Source: an uncultured Gemmatimonadales bacterium (lineage in GTDB: Bacteria > Gemmatimonadota > Gemmatimonadetes > Longimicrobiales > RSA9). From it: DNA of 64,000 nt. The notes beneath the pieces were generated by a model, which saw only the letters and a program-made list of their open reading frames with translations, was not told the DNA's origin and did no database searches. Of the stretch, positions 31,594 through 43,908 are shown piece by piece; within the stretch, counting starts at the first letter, position 1, and every line of letters starts with the position of its first letter. The position numbers and the translations under genes are program-made. The stretch covers positions 640,001 to 704,000 of the forward strand of contig CAWCRS010000005.1 in NCBI GenBank assembly GCA_963798085.1, in the 5' to 3' direction.

Positions 31594-31853
31594 GGCAGGC
31601 ACCGGTTCGAGGTCTCCGGGGAATGGCGAGCGCTGAAGATGGGGGACTCGTGCGCCGCATACCAGTCGCCCCGCGAAGTAGCGATCGAGCCGCATCGGCG
31701 GCAGAGGCAATCGGACAACTGGGGGGTGGCGCGCGGGCCGCTGCGACCGAAAGCTGTGGGCGCTCGCGCGCCGCGCCGTGGCTGCCTGACCGCGAACCGT
31801 TGCAGGGCAGCTCACTCGCGACGCGACCGGAACCGTTTGCGAAGGGGGTGGAC

Positions 31854-32312
31854 GTGTTCTCGCTGTATTACATTTTCAAGTTCATCCACATCCTGGCGGC
31901 GATGCTGTGGCTGGGTGGCGCGGTCACGCTCACAGTGATCAACGGACGTGCGGCGCGTGCGAAGGACCTTGCTTCGCTGGGCCAGCTGGCACGGCACACG
32001 GAATTCTACGGTCGCGCCGTGCTCGGCCCTGCGGCCGGCATGACGCTGGTTGCCGGCATCGTCACGATGGTGGCGGGCAAGCTGCCACCGACGCTCTGGA
32101 TCATGTGGGGCCTGCTGATGGTGGTCGGCTCACTGGTGGTGGGCGGCGGCCTGATCGGCAGGACCGCAGGGCAGCTCGCCAGACTCGTGGCGCAATCGCC
32201 GGACCATCCACGCGTCGCCGCACTGGGCCGGCGCATGGGCATCCTCAGCTGGGTGAACATCCTCATGCTGGTCACTGCAGTGGCCGCCATGGTGTTCAAG
32301 CCGTCGTTCTGA
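31854..32312 (+). CDS. DUF2269-like membrane protein
   Basis: KFIHILAAMLWLGG start, four TM helices, AMVFKP end. Confidence 0.85.
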   Translation: MFSLYYIFKFIHILAAMLWLGGAVTLTVINGRAARAKDLASLGQLARHTEFYGRAVLGPAAGMTLVAGIVTMVAGKLPPTLWIMWGLLMVVGSLVVGGGLIGRTAGQLARLVAQSPDHPRVAALGRRMGILSWVNILMLVTAVAAMVFKPSF

Positions 32313-32509
32313 TGCGCGCAGCACGAAGTGAACGCCAGCTGCGCGCGTCAATACAGGCGCGCTCCCCAGGGCATACGACTGCGTGGCGCTTGCCACGGTA
32401 GCGCGTGTCTCTATCTTTGCGGCGCCCGGCCGCACGCTGTGGTGGTGTCCCTGACTCGCGATTACGGCTTCGCCGAAACGCCCGGACAGCGCGCGGCGAC
32501 TGAACTGCG

Positions 32510-33784
32510 TTGGCACGGCGCCTCAATGGCGCGGAGTGGCTCCTGCGACTGAATCCCTGGCGCGGACTGCGTGGTCTGCCCGCGGAAGTGTGGGTCATTT
32601 TCGCCACCACGCTGGTCAATCGCGCGGGCACGATGGTCCTGCCGTTCCTCGTGCTCTACCTGTCGCAGCATCTGCACTACGGCGTGCGCAGCGCCGGCTT
32701 CGCGCTCACCGTGTACGGTCTGGGCGGCCTGATCACCGCGCCGCTCGCGGGCCGGCTGTGCGATCGGGTGGGCGCGCTGCGCGTGATGCAGCTCTCGCTG
32801 TTCGGCTCGGGCGCACTGCTGCTGGTGCTGCCGCTGGCACACCGGCTGACAGCCGTGTTCGCACTGATCTTCGTGTGGGCGATCATCGCCGATGCCAGCC
32901 GGCCCGCCAGCATGGCGGCGCTCACGGGCGCCATTCCCGCGAGTCAGCGCAAGGCTGCCATCGCGCTCAACCGCCTGGCCATCAACCTGGGCATGAGCAT
33001 CGGACCCGCGCTGGGCGGGTTCCTGGCCGCGGTGTCGTTTCCACTGCTCTTCGTGATCGACGGCGTGACTTCCGTGGCCGCCGCCGCACTGCTGACACTG
33101 CTGTTATGGAGGCTGCGGCTGCCTGTGCGCGTGAGGCGGCCCGCCGACCCGGCCGTGCCGCCCGCACGGCGGGCTTCCGCAGCGGCCCTGCGTGACCGGC
33201 GCATGCTGGTGTTCCTCGCCGCCAGTCTGCTGGTGGGCGCCATCTTCCGTCAGGTGGATGCGACGATGGCGATCTTCCTCGTGCGCGACCTGGCACTGCC
33301 CGTCACGTTCTTCGGGCTCCTCTTCGTGGTGAATACCCTGCTCATCGTGCTGCTGGAAGTGCCGCTCAACGTGGCGACCGCGGCGTGGGCGCACCGCCAC
33401 ACCCTGGTGCTGGGCGCAATGCTCATCGCCACGGGCTTCGGCGCCATGGCCTTCGCGCACAGCGCGTGGAGCGTCACCGGTACGGTCGTCGTGTGGACGT
33501 TCGGCGAGATGATCTTCTTTCCCGTTTCCGCCATGTACGTGGCCGAGCTGGCACCACCCGAGCGGCTGGGCGAATACATGGGCGTCTATTTCATGATCGT
33601 GGCGCTGGCCGTGATGATCGGACCATGGGTGGGGACGCTGGTCATGGAACAGTTCGGCGTGGTCACGCTGTGGAGCGCCGTCTTCGTGTGCGGCTGCCTC
33701 GCCGCGCTCATCCTGGGTCTGAGTACACCGGCGGCGCAGCCGTCGACGGACGCTCACGAGCGGGCGAGGGGCGCAGCCATCTAA
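32510..33784 (+). CDS. MFS transporter
   Basis: LVNRAGTMVLPFL, GRLCDRVG motif A, multiple TM helices. Confidence 0.92.
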   Translation: MARRLNGAEWLLRLNPWRGLRGLPAEVWVIFATTLVNRAGTMVLPFLVLYLSQHLHYGVRSAGFALTVYGLGGLITAPLAGRLCDRVGALRVMQLSLFGSGALLLVLPLAHRLTAVFALIFVWAIIADASRPASMAALTGAIPASQRKAAIALNRLAINLGMSIGPALGGFLAAVSFPLLFVIDGVTSVAAAALLTLLLWRLRLPVRVRRPADPAVPPARRASAAALRDRRMLVFLAASLLVGAIFRQVDATMAIFLVRDLALPVTFFGLLFVVNTLLIVLLEVPLNVATAAWAHRHTLVLGAMLIATGFGAMAFAHSAWSVTGTVVVWTFGEMIFFPVSAMYVAELAPPERLGEYMGVYFMIVALAVMIGPWVGTLVMEQFGVVTLWSAVFVCGCLAALILGLSTPAAQPSTDAHERARGAAI

Positions 33785-33825
33785 CTCTGTATTACGGAAG
33801 AGCGGGGCCGCACGGGCAGGCTGCG

Positions 33826-34410
33826 CTACCTGGCAGTTGCCCCCGCGAGCGTCACTACCGTGAATCCCCGGCGACGGAAAGGCGGAAAGCTCACGAAAAC
33901 ACTGTGCGCGCCGGCCTCGTGCGTCGCCAGATACGGCTCGATGCGGGCGCGGGCGCGGCTGGAATAGGTGATGATCACGTTGCGTCCGAGGGCTCGCAGC
34001 CGGGACAGCGCTTCCTCGATCAATGGCATGTAGTAGAGCATCTCCACGGCGATCACCAGGTCGAACACACGCCGTGGTGCGAAGGCCTCGAGCGGACAAC
34101 ACGCGTACGTCACGCCGGACACCTGCCTGGCTCTCCCGATCGCCGTCTCGCTCACATCTATGCCCACAACCTCACGCCCGGGAGCGACCAGACGACGCGT
34201 GAAATCGCCTTCGCCGCAGCCCACGTCGAGGATCGAAGCGGGCGCGTGGCTCTCGATCACTTCCAGGAGCCGTGTGTATCGGCGCCGCCCGTTGGCTGAC
34301 GTACGCTGACCCCAGGGATCGCGGGTCCGCGCGTAAAGGCGTTCGAAGCAGCCATAATCGCCCGAATACGCGTACGACACGGTCCGATCCGCAATGAACT
34401 GGTGGGCCAC
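33826..34410 (-). CDS. Class I SAM-dependent methyltransferase (NodS-like)
   Basis: DPW, ILDVGCGEG, GIDVSETAI, EMLYY. Confidence 0.85.
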   Translation of the reverse strand: MAHQFIADRTVSYAYSGDYGCFERLYARTRDPWGQRTSANGRRRYTRLLEVIESHAPASILDVGCGEGDFTRRLVAPGREVVGIDVSETAIGRARQVSGVTYACCPLEAFAPRRVFDLVIAVEMLYYMPLIEEALSRLRALGRNVIITYSSRARARIEPYLATHEAGAHSVFVSFPPFRRRGFTVVTLAGATAR

Positions 34411-34789
34411 ACCGCGAAGCCTGTCGACAACGCTTATCCGCAGGTACGCACCCTCCGGCTGCCATCCCGCGCTGCCGGGCCATGCGGGAGATCCGCTGGC
34501 TTCTCTATTCGCAGGTCACGATTGCACTTCTTCCGCCATGCCTGCGCCGGGTGGCATCTCTCGAAGCTGCATGCGTCTCCGTTGGCACGCAACCCGCGGC
34601 GCAACCCCCTTCTGTGCGCTGGCGCCTCCCGCCCGGCCCGTTCCCTACGCCCTGTCGGCAATTCCCCGTCTGTAGTAATCGCGGACCCGGCCGATAATCG
34701 TGGCCGTAGCTCGCAGTACGCGCGTGGATGGGCCGAATCCGGGCGCCGCAGAGCAGCCGGCACGGGCCGGCTGAGCCGGGAGGTGGATC

Positions 34790-35005
34790 GTGATCGAGCT
34801 GGCAAAGCACAAGAGACCGATGCGCAAACATGACGAGGGACTGACGGAGTCGATCGCGCAGCGCTTGCGGCGTGCGGCCGCAGAACTGCCCCTGCACGGG
34901 CGCGTCTTTCCGGGGGAACCGCCGCGGCGCAGCCGCTGGTCGCGGGGCCATGCCGAAGCCGGACCGCGCCAGCACTTCGTGCCACACCCGCTGGACGCCG
35001 CGTAG
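34790..35005 (+). CDS. Small hypothetical protein
   Basis: GGAGG RBS before GTG; 71-aa ORF ending before a hairpin at 35032-35054. Confidence 0.35.
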   Translation: MIELAKHKRPMRKHDEGLTESIAQRLRRAAAELPLHGRVFPGEPPRRSRWSRGHAEAGPRQHFVPHPLDAA

Positions 35006-35063
35006 CGCCGGGCCTCGACTTCCCGGCGATCCCTTCTAACAGCCTGTCAGAAGGCGACGACGC

Positions 35064-35447
35064 TCAGTCGGGTGTGTGTAACTTGAACACACCCGGGTGC
35101 ACCTGCTCGACCAGCTGCATGAAGCGCGTGCGCTGATCGGGGCGCAGCTCGCCCATGATCTCGTGCAGCGCGGAATCGAGCACGGCGTGCACGCCGGGGC
35201 GTACGGAATCCCAGATCGAATCGATGGCCGGCTGACGCCGGGCGAGGATGGCGCGGACATGCTCGTGCTGCGCCGCGTCCAGCGACAACTCGTGGTCCAG
35301 CCGGCTCATGACGTGCGCCGTGTCGCCCATGTCCGCCATGGAAGCAACCCCGTGCAGGTGCAGGTGCACGATGGCGCCGCCGATGACGATGCCGGCCAGC
35401 AGCGTCACCGTGAGCAGCAGTGAGCCACGCAGCCAGGGCGCGCTCAT
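35064..35447 (-). CDS. Spy/CpxP-like periplasmic helical protein
   Basis: N-terminal TM; LDHELSLDAAQ and ELRPDQR (LTxxQ-like) motifs. Confidence 0.75.
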   Translation of the reverse strand: MSAPWLRGSLLLTVTLLAGIVIGGAIVHLHLHGVASMADMGDTAHVMSRLDHELSLDAAQHEHVRAILARRQPAIDSIWDSVRPGVHAVLDSALHEIMGELRPDQRTRFMQLVEQVHPGVFKLHTPD

Positions 35448-35776
35448 CGCTCCGCCTCCGTCTGCGGCGCTTCCAGCAGCAGCACGCCAATGGCGGGCGC
35501 GCGGTCCTGCGCGGCAATCGTGCGGCCCAGTGCATTGGAAGGCGCCAGGACATGCATGCCGCCAGACGCTACGCCGGCGAAAGGCGAGCTGGCCGGCAGC
35601 AGCAGGAGCACCAGGGCCGCGGCGACGAACAGCGACGCCGTGATCCAGCCCGTCCGCGACGCCGCGAACTGGCCGAAGTCGCTGCCGCCCGCGGCAGCGC
35701 TGGTCACGCGACGAGCGAGTGCATCCCAGTACTGCGCGTCGTCGCGGATGGATGACGTGTCGAACAGGTCAGGCAT
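35444..35776 (-). CDS. Putative single-TM anti-sigma factor
   Basis: Directly after ECF sigma; GGAGG RBS; YWDALARRV then TM helix. Confidence 0.65.
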   Translation of the reverse strand: MPDLFDTSSIRDDAQYWDALARRVTSAAAGGSDFGQFAASRTGWITASLFVAAALVLLLLPASSPFAGVASGGMHVLAPSNALGRTIAAQDRAPAIGVLLLEAPQTEAER

Positions 35777-35808
35777 TGCCCTGTCCTCCCGGCCTCCGGT
35801 TTCCCGCA

Positions 35809-36382
35809 TTACGCTTCCGGTTCCATGCTGTGGCCATGCAGCGCGAGCCGCAACGCGCGCCGTGCGCGAAACACATGCTGGCGTACCGTCGCCGGTGCAA
35901 TGCCGTGCATGGTGGCCACTGTCTCGGGCGCGAGGTCGCGCACCGCCACCAGCTCGAAACAGGCGCGCTGCATGGGCGAAAGCTGCAGCAGCGCCCGCCT
36001 GGCAGTGGCCGCGTCCACGCGCGCCAGCAACGCGCTCTCGATGTGTACGCTGCCGGCCTCCTCGCCGGTTCCGCCCCCGAAGATGCGCAGCAGCCTCGCC
36101 CGCCTCGCCTCCCGTGCCCGCCGGTTGGAGGCCTGACGGCGCACAATGGCGAAGAACCACGGCGCGAACGGACGCGCAGCATTCGAACTGCGCGGCCCGC
36201 GCGTGTACCACGGTGAACGCGGATTGCACGATGTCTTCCGCATTGTCGCGGTCCCCCAGCAGCTGCGCCGCCAGCAGCGTAGCGGGGCGGATGTAGCGCC
36301 GCACGAGTACCGCAAACGCCGCGTTATCACCGTCCGCCGCGGCCGCGAGCAGTGCCGCATCACCGCGCTCGTCATTGCGCAC
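35809..36382 (-). CDS. ECF sigma-70 factor (frameshift at ~36182 as assembled)
   Basis: GDNAAFAVLVRRY, AEDIVQ; repaired FDAARPFAPW; region 4 TVRQHVFRARRALR. Confidence 0.88.
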
Positions 36383-37571
36383 GAAGCGCAACCGCCGGGT
36401 GCAGCGCCGCAGCGGCGCGCGCCGGCGCCACGGCCGCGGCCACGCCCGCCGCGCAGCAGGCCAGGAATGCCGCCGCCGCGGTGGACATCGACCACGCTGC
36501 CTGCGCCAGCACGGTGCCGGCAGCGGCCAGTGCGATACCCGTCAATGCGCCTGACAGGCACACACTCAATGCCTCCACGAGAAACTGCCGGAAGATCATG
36601 GGCCGAGTGGCGCCCAGCGCCCGGCGGGTGCCGATTTCGGCGCGTCGCTCGCGCACGGAAAGCAGCTGCAGTGCGAAGATGCCGAGTGCGCTCGCGGTCA
36701 GCAACGCGACCGATACTTCCACCTGGAACGCGCGCAGCCGGCGCAGCGTCGTCTCCCGGATGTCGACCAGGCGGGTCTGATCCTGCACCCGGAAATCGCG
36801 CGCCTCGTCCATGACGCGATGGTGGCGCTCCTCGAGCAGCGCCAGGATGGCGCGGGATGCTTCGGGCAGATTCGACGCCTCTCCCACGCGCACGTAGACG
36901 CGCTGTACGTAATCGACCTGGAACAGCCGGCGCCGTGCCGTCTTCAGGGGGATGAAGATCACCTCGTCTTCGTTGAATGCGTCGAGTCCGCTGCCGCGCT
37001 CCGCCATCACGCCCAGCACGGTGAACGGGATGCCGCCCAGGCGGATCGGCTCACCCACGGGATCACGTCCGGGAAACAGGTCCCTGGCAATGCGGCCGCC
37101 CAGCACGGCCACACGCTGGCCCTGCGCGTCATCCGCATTATCGAAGAAGCGGCCGGAGCGCATGGCGCCGGCGCGCAACGATGCGTACGCCGGCTCAATG
37201 CCGGCCACGCGCGGCTCGCGCACCAGATTGCCTGCCTTCACCGGCAGCTCCGTGCGGTACTCCGCCGCGGTGCCCGCCAGTCCCGTCACCTCGCGCGCGA
37301 TGGCACGCACGTCTTCCAGCGTCAGCGTGCGCACCCCATCGCCGGTGCGCACGCGACCGCCCCGGTTGCGGCTGGGCTCCGCGCTCACCGTCAGCACGTT
37401 CGCGCCGATCCCGCTGATTTCCCGCTCTGCCTGCATTCTGCCCTTCTCGGCAATGGCGACTGCCACGAGCAGTGCCGCGAGGGCAACGCCCAGGCCCAGC
37501 GCCGCGAGCGCGGAACGCAGCGGCCGGCGCCACACCATGCGCAAGGCGAGGACGAGGCGCTCAGCCCGCAT
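36372..37571 (-). CDS. MacB/FtsX-type ABC permease
   Basis: [35 protein letters not shown]. Confidence 0.9.
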   Translation of the reverse strand: MRAERLVLALRMVWRRPLRSALAALGLGVALAALLVAVAIAEKGRMQAEREISGIGANVLTVSAEPSRNRGGRVRTGDGVRTLTLEDVRAIAREVTGLAGTAAEYRTELPVKAGNLVREPRVAGIEPAYASLRAGAMRSGRFFDNADDAQGQRVAVLGGRIARDLFPGRDPVGEPIRLGGIPFTVLGVMAERGSGLDAFNEDEVIFIPLKTARRRLFQVDYVQRVYVRVGEASNLPEASRAILALLEERHHRVMDEARDFRVQDQTRLVDIRETTLRRLRAFQVEVSVALLTASALGIFALQLLSVRERRAEIGTRRALGATRPMIFRQFLVEALSVCLSGALTGIALAAAGTVLAQAAWSMSTAAAAFLACCAAGVAAAVAPARAAAALHPAVALRAQ

Positions 37572-38804
37572 CGCGCAGCGCCACACCCGGCGGCAGCGCG
37601 GCCGCCCGTCGTGCGGGGAAGTATCCCGCCACTGCGCCCATGGCAATGGTCGCGGCAATGGTGCCCAGCGTGAGCGGCCACGCCACGGCCAGCTGCATGC
37701 CCATCAGGTGCCCGCCCAGGCGAGTAATGCCAACGGCCAGCAGCGTGCCGCACAGCGCAGCGCCAGCGGCGACCAGCACGGACTCCGCCCAGAACTGACG
37801 CAGCACGGCCGCGCGCGATGCGCCCACGGCGCGACGCGTGCCGATCTCCCGGCTGCGCGACACGGTTGCGGCAAACATCAGGTTTGCGATCACCACACCA
37901 CCGATCAGCAGGGACAGCACGCCGATCCAGAGCAGCGCCTTCTGAATCGTGCTGTCTACAATGGCGACCTGCGCGATCATGGCTTCGGGCGACATTACGC
38001 GGAAATCGTCCAGCTCGTTGTTCGTGATCGCGTGCCGCTGGCGCAGCAGCGTCTCCACGGCCGCCTGGGTGGCGGGCCAGCGCTGATTCTGCTGCAGCTT
38101 CACGCGGATCATGTTGAGCCACGGCCGGTTCAGCACGCGTCGCTGGGACGTGGCCAGCGGCACGTACACCACGTTGTCCAGGCTCAGCATGTGGCCGCCA
38201 TTGGCGTCCTGCGCGCCACCGACCGGACGCAGCACGCCCACGACTTCCAGATCAATGCCCCGCACGCGCACGTGCTGGCCCACGGGCGAGCTTTCCGGAA
38301 AGTACTGCTTCGCCACATTGGCGCCGATCACGGCCACGCGCGCCAGCGCCACGCCGTCTTCATCGGCGAACAGCGCGCCCTCCGCGATGGAGTCGCCGAC
38401 GACCATGGCCCAGTTGGCTGTGGCGCCGAAGAACGCGGTGGTGCCGTTGTGTCCGTTCACTTCGATGGGTGCGTTCAGATCGATCTGCTCAGCCTCGACC
38501 GTGCGCACATTGGGCACGGAACGCGCAATCGCTTCGGCATCCTCGGGCGCGAGTGTCGTGACCGACGATTCCAGGTGCGACATGCCGCGCTCCGACGGGC
38601 CGCTCTGCACCACGAGCAGCACGTCGAGTGCGCCGATCATCGACTTGAAGCGCTGCGCCACCGCGCGCCGGGCGCCCTCGCCCGTGGCCACGGTCAGCGT
38701 GATGCTGGCGGCGCCGACCACCAGGCCGAGTCCCATCAGCAACGTGCGCCCCGGATGACGCCGCAGTGTGCGGCCGGCCAGTGTCCACGTGGAATTTGCC
38801 ATCG

Positions 38805-38808
<4 letters not shown>
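37561..38808 (-). CDS. MacB/FtsX-type ABC permease
   Basis: [32 protein letters not shown]. Confidence 0.9.
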
Positions 38809-39496
<688 letters not shown>

Positions 39497-39500
<4 letters not shown>

Positions 39501-39928
39501 TGCCCTGCCTTCGCGCGATTGAGCACGAACGTCATGCTGCCCTGCTCGCAGGCGGTCTGGCCCTTCATGGTCTCGCCCTCGAGGACGGCTGTGGTCGAGC
39601 ACGACATCCCCATCAGCTCCACGGTCCAGGAAAGCCTGTTGCCGTCGACCTTGAATCCGCTGACCGGGCCCCCGGGCACGTCCTCGTCCGCCGTCAACCT
39701 CATGCTCGCATGCCAGCCCCTGTCCCACGCGATGCTCAGTCGCACGCTGCCGGTGGGCCCGTGATCGGTCTGGAAGGATCCGTCCCACGTGCCCACCACT
39801 TTCGCGGCGCCCGCACTGTCGGCCGGCGCGGTGCCGCGATTCTGGGCGTACGCGGGCAGCGCGTTCAGCGTGCACACGATCGCGAGCAGGGCAAGTCTGC
39901 GTTTCATTCCGGTCACCTGTCGGTTCAT
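39497..39928 (-). CDS. Small secreted beta-rich protein
   Basis: Signal peptide AYA-Q; VVGTWDGSF; stop overlaps ATPase start. Confidence 0.75.
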
Positions 39929-39965
39929 GGTGGGTGATAACGACGTGTCAGTGTCGGGCCCCGGC

Positions 39966-41052
39966 TCAGCCGCCTTCGGGAAAGCGGCCGGTCAGCACCG
40001 TGTCCGCGGGCGAAAGGCCGGAGCGTACTTCCGAGACATCGCTCTGGCGCGCACCCAGCAGCACGCTCACGCGCTCCGCCTGGCCGTTCCGCCGGCGCCA
40101 CACGTACGTGCCGTCCGCCGCCTGGCGCACCGCCGCGGTGGGAATCACCAGCGCGTGCTGTGCGGGGCCGGCGATGCTGACGGTGGCGGTCATTCTGCGG
40201 CTTCAGGTCGGCAGTGCCGCCGGCAACGCGGATGTGCACCTCGTAGTCGACGACGCCGCCCACGACGGTCGCGTCGGGAGCAATGCTCACGACCACGCCA
40301 TGGAAGGTGCGACCGGGCCAGGCGTCGACCGTAAACTCGGCGTTATCCCCCGTGTGCACCCGCCCGATGTCGGTTTCGTCGACCAGCGCGATGCACTCGA
40401 TGCGTGCGGGATCGAGCAGTGTCACGAAGGTGGGCGCGGCGAGGGAAGCAGCCACGGTCTCGCCTTCGCGTGTGCTCACGGAGGCGACCACGCCGGCAAT
40501 GGGCGCGCGGATCACCGTGTACTCGAGCTGCAGCTGTGCCAGCGCGCGCGCGGCCAGGGCGCCATCCAGACGGGCCTGCGCGCCGTGGAACGCCGTGCGC
40601 GCGGCCAGCAGCTCCTGCGCGGTGGCACCATCCGCCCGGGCCAGCGCCTCGGCCCGCTCCAGCTCCTGCTGCTGCTGCGTCAGCGTCGCCTGCAGTTCCG
40701 CGATCGTCGCGTTCACCTGCTCGAGCCGGGCGCGCGCCTCGCGGTCATCCAGGCGGGCGATCACGGCATCGCGCGCCACGCGTGTGCCCTGCGTGACCGG
40801 CAGCGAGACCACTACGCCGGACACGCGCGCGCCCACCGCGATGCGCGCACCCGGCAGCAGACTGACATTGCCGGTGGCGAGCACGCGGGGCGTGAAATCG
40901 CGCTCCTGTGCAACAGCCGTGGGCGCACTGTCGCCGCCGCTCGCGGCCTGCACGGGCCGGCGCAGCACCAGCGCGGCGCCCGTCGTGCCGCCCAGCAATG
41001 CAACCACCAGGCTCCCTGTCAGGAGTACGCGTGAACCGGTCTTCATATCCAT
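39966..41052 (-). CDS. Efflux periplasmic adaptor subunit (frameshift at ~40194 as assembled)
   Basis: VGARVSG, IRAPIAGVV, VDETDIGRV; repaired LKPQMTA; IPTAAV. Confidence 0.9.
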
Positions 41053-41053
41053 C

Positions 41054-41082
41054 AGTTCGCACGACCGGGCTGCATGTTTACA
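41054..41082 (-). promoter_or_regulatory. Candidate ECF-type promoter of the efflux/ECF operon
   Basis: TGTAAAC-16 bp-CGAACT immediately before the first gene. Confidence 0.4.
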
Positions 41083-41233
41083 GCTGCCGGAACGAGCGGC
41101 CCTGGCGGGCGGCAGGAGGGCGCGTGTCGGAGGAGCCGGCCCGGGGCTTCAGCCGGCCGCGATACTGCGTACGTCGCGAGGCCGAGGCTGAGGCGTTGGC
41201 GAAACGGCCCCGGCCGCGCGCTGCTACGGCAAC

Positions 41234-43900
41234 TCAGGTGTCGGTGCGCAGTGCCTGCAGCGGGTCGATGCGGACGGCGCGGCGGGCCGGGATGTAAGAC
41301 GCTGTCAGGGCGACCAGCAGCATGAAGGCCGATGTGCCGGCCAGCGTGACCCCATCCGTCGGGCCGATGCCGAACAGGAAACGTGTCATGCCCCTCGCCA
41401 GCGCCACCGCGAGTGTGATGCCGATGGGCAGGCCCAGCGCGACAAAGCCGAGATTGCTACGCACCACGAGACGCACCACACTGGGGGCGCGCGCGCCCAG
41501 CGCCATGCGGATCCCGATCTCGCGCGTGCGGCGGCTCACGGCGTAGGCGACGACGCCGTAGATGCCCACCGCGGTTACCACGAGCGCGAGCGCGCTGAAC
41601 ACGCCCAGCAGCCACGCGCCGGCGAGCTGCGGCGCCAGGATGGCACGGACGCGGTCACTCATGGTGCCGGCGTGAGCCAGCGGCACGGCTGGATCGGCCG
41701 AGCGCACGGCCGCGATCACAGGCTGCAGCACCGCTTCGGGGTCGCCGGGCGTGCGCACCACCATCATGGGCGCGCCTACGGCACCGTGAAATGCCACCTG
41801 CAGCAGCGGGAACCAGGCGTAGGGTCGCGCCGGCTCATTGAGCTCGTGATAGCGCGAATCGCGCGCCACGCCGACCACCGTCCAGGTGGCGCCGCGGATC
41901 GTGACATGCGCCCCGAGCGGGTCGCGCCCCGCGAAGTAGTGCTGCGCCGCGGTTTCGTTGATGATGATCGCGGGTGTGGCATTGCCATTGTCACGCTCGT
42001 TGAAATCACGCCCGGCGAGCAGCGGGATGCTCATGATGTCGTGGAAGCGCGGGCCCACTGTGTTGTACTCGAGCCTCACGCGCTCGCCGGCGGCGGGCCT
42101 GTAGCCCTCGATCACGGCACTCTCCCGGTCGCTGTCGTCGGTCAGCGGCACCGCAGCCACCCACGTCACACCGGTCACGCCCGGCACCGCGCCCGCGCGC
42201 TCCGCCGCGGTCACGTAATAGTCGTGCGCTCGTTGCGGACTCAGTTGTGCCAGCCCCGGATCCACCGCCAGCACGGCCAGGTGCTCGGCGCGGAAACCGA
42301 GATCCACGGACAGCGCCCGTGTGAGCGCACGCAGGAAAAGCCCGGTCCCCACCAGGAGCACGAGCCCGGCCGCGACCTGCGCTGTCACCAGAGCACCGCG
42401 CATGGCCTGCACCGACGAACCCCGCGTCGCCGCCGCATCCTTGATGGCGGCCGCCGTGCTGGAGCGCGATGCCTGCCACGCCGGCGCCAGCCCTACTAAC
42501 AGACCCGTTAGCAGGGTCACGACCAGCGCGAAACCGAGCAGCGGCAGATCGACGCGCAGGTCGAGAACGCCGGCGGCGATGTCGCCCGGCAGCGTGATGC
42601 CGGAAATGAGGGCGCGCGCCGCCGCATACACGCCCAGGCCCGCCATGCCACCCGCGAGCGCCAGCACCAGCGCTTCGGTCAGCAGCTGGCGCGCGAGCCG
42701 CCAGCGGCCCGCGCCCAGCGCCACGCGTACCGCGATCTCCCGCTCCCGATAGGCAGCGCGCGAAAGCAGCAGTCCGGCAATGTTGGCGCACGCCGTCAGC
42801 AGCACGAGCGCGATCACGGCAGCCAGGATGGCGCTGAAGCGGACCACAGCCTCGCGCGCACCCGTGGGCAGGACTGCGGCCTGCAGCGAACGCAGCCGGA
42901 TCAGATTGCGCACTTCCTGTTCGGAAGCGCCCCTGGCGACGGCGCTCAGCCGCGCCAGCAGCTGACTGGCCACCTGCGCTTCGCTCGAGCCGGCCGGCAC
43001 CCGTCCCATCAGGCTCAGCCATGTCCAGCCTTCATCCTCGATCCTGGCCGAGCGCATGGAGCTGGGCTTCAACGCCTCGAACGCGTGCAGCGTCAGCCAG
43101 ATCGACGGCACCGTGCCCAGGTGCAGCCCGCGGAAGTCGCGCGCGGCAACGCCCACGACCGTGACAGGCGCGCCGTTCACCGTCACCGTTCGCCCGATGA
43201 TCGATGCATCCCCGGCGAACTGGCGATTCCAGTAGTCGAAGGCGAGCACGCCCACCGGCGCCACGCCCGACACGTCATCGCCATCGGCGAGCACGCGGCC
43301 GAGCGCGGCGTGCACGCCCAGCAGCGCGAAGTAGTTGCCGGATACGAACGCGCCCTGTGTCTGCTGTGCACTGGCGCCATCGCCCAGAGCGATCCGGCGA
43401 TCGCTGAACGCGGAGAGCCCCAGCGCCGGCGCGGCATCACGCAGCTCGCGGTACACCGGGTACGAGGACACGTCGCTCAACGCGAACAGTTGCTCCAGCT
43501 GCGGCACACCGCGCACCGGCCGCAGGATGACGGCCTGGATGAGCGAGAAGATCGTAGTGCTCGCGCCGATCCCCAGCGCCAGCGTCACAATCACCGCGAC
43601 CGCAAACCCGGGCGCACGCAGCAGCGCACGCACCGCGTACCGGGCATCCTGTCCAGCTTCCTCGATCCCTTGCATGATGCGCTCCCACCGGGCCAGACGG
43701 TGACTCTCTTCCAGGCATTCATCGCGAATGCCGGCCACATCGCCGAAACGACTGCGCGCCAGGCCCGCCGCATCCGCCGGCAACACACCCTGCGCGCGCA
43801 GCTGCGATTCCCGCATCGCGATGTGAAACGCGATCTCTTCCTCCACTTCCCCCTTCACATCGCGGGAACGAAACGAGGGCAGCCGGAAAATGCGTCGCAT
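41234..43900 (-). CDS. ADOP-family duplicated ABC permease
   Basis: EVEEEIAFHI prefix, LLTACANIAGL, REIGIRMALGA, RIDPLQALR. Confidence 0.93.
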   Translation of the reverse strand: MRRIFRLPSFRSRDVKGEVEEEIAFHIAMRESQLRAQGVLPADAAGLARSRFGDVAGIRDECLEESHRLARWERIMQGIEEAGQDARYAVRALLRAPGFAVAVIVTLALGIGASTTIFSLIQAVILRPVRGVPQLEQLFALSDVSSYPVYRELRDAAPALGLSAFSDRRIALGDGASAQQTQGAFVSGNYFALLGVHAALGRVLADGDDVSGVAPVGVLAFDYWNRQFAGDASIIGRTVTVNGAPVTVVGVAARDFRGLHLGTVPSIWLTLHAFEALKPSSMRSARIEDEGWTWLSLMGRVPAGSSEAQVASQLLARLSAVARGASEQEVRNLIRLRSLQAAVLPTGAREAVVRFSAILAAVIALVLLTACANIAGLLLSRAAYREREIAVRVALGAGRWRLARQLLTEALVLALAGGMAGLGVYAAARALISGITLPGDIAAGVLDLRVDLPLLGFALVVTLLTGLLVGLAPAWQASRSSTAAAIKDAAATRGSSVQAMRGALVTAQVAAGLVLLVGTGLFLRALTRALSVDLGFRAEHLAVLAVDPGLAQLSPQRAHDYYVTAAERAGAVPGVTGVTWVAAVPLTDDSDRESAVIEGYRPAAGERVRLEYNTVGPRFHDIMSIPLLAGRDFNERDNGNATPAIIINETAAQHYFAGRDPLGAHVTIRGATWTVVGVARDSRYHELNEPARPYAWFPLLQVAFHGAVGAPMMVVRTPGDPEAVLQPVIAAVRSADPAVPLAHAGTMSDRVRAILAPQLAGAWLLGVFSALALVVTAVGIYGVVAYAVSRRTREIGIRMALGARAPSVVRLVVRSNLGFVALGLPIGITLAVALARGMTRFLFGIGPTDGVTLAGTSAFMLLVALTASYIPARRAVRIDPLQALRTDT

Positions 43901-43908
43901 GGATTCGG

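Noticed and set aside
34582..34597. Sigma54 promoter TTGGCACGCAACCCGC
   Set aside because: GG-N10-GC spacing fits, but the -12 TTGC is poor and no activator or clear target is nearby
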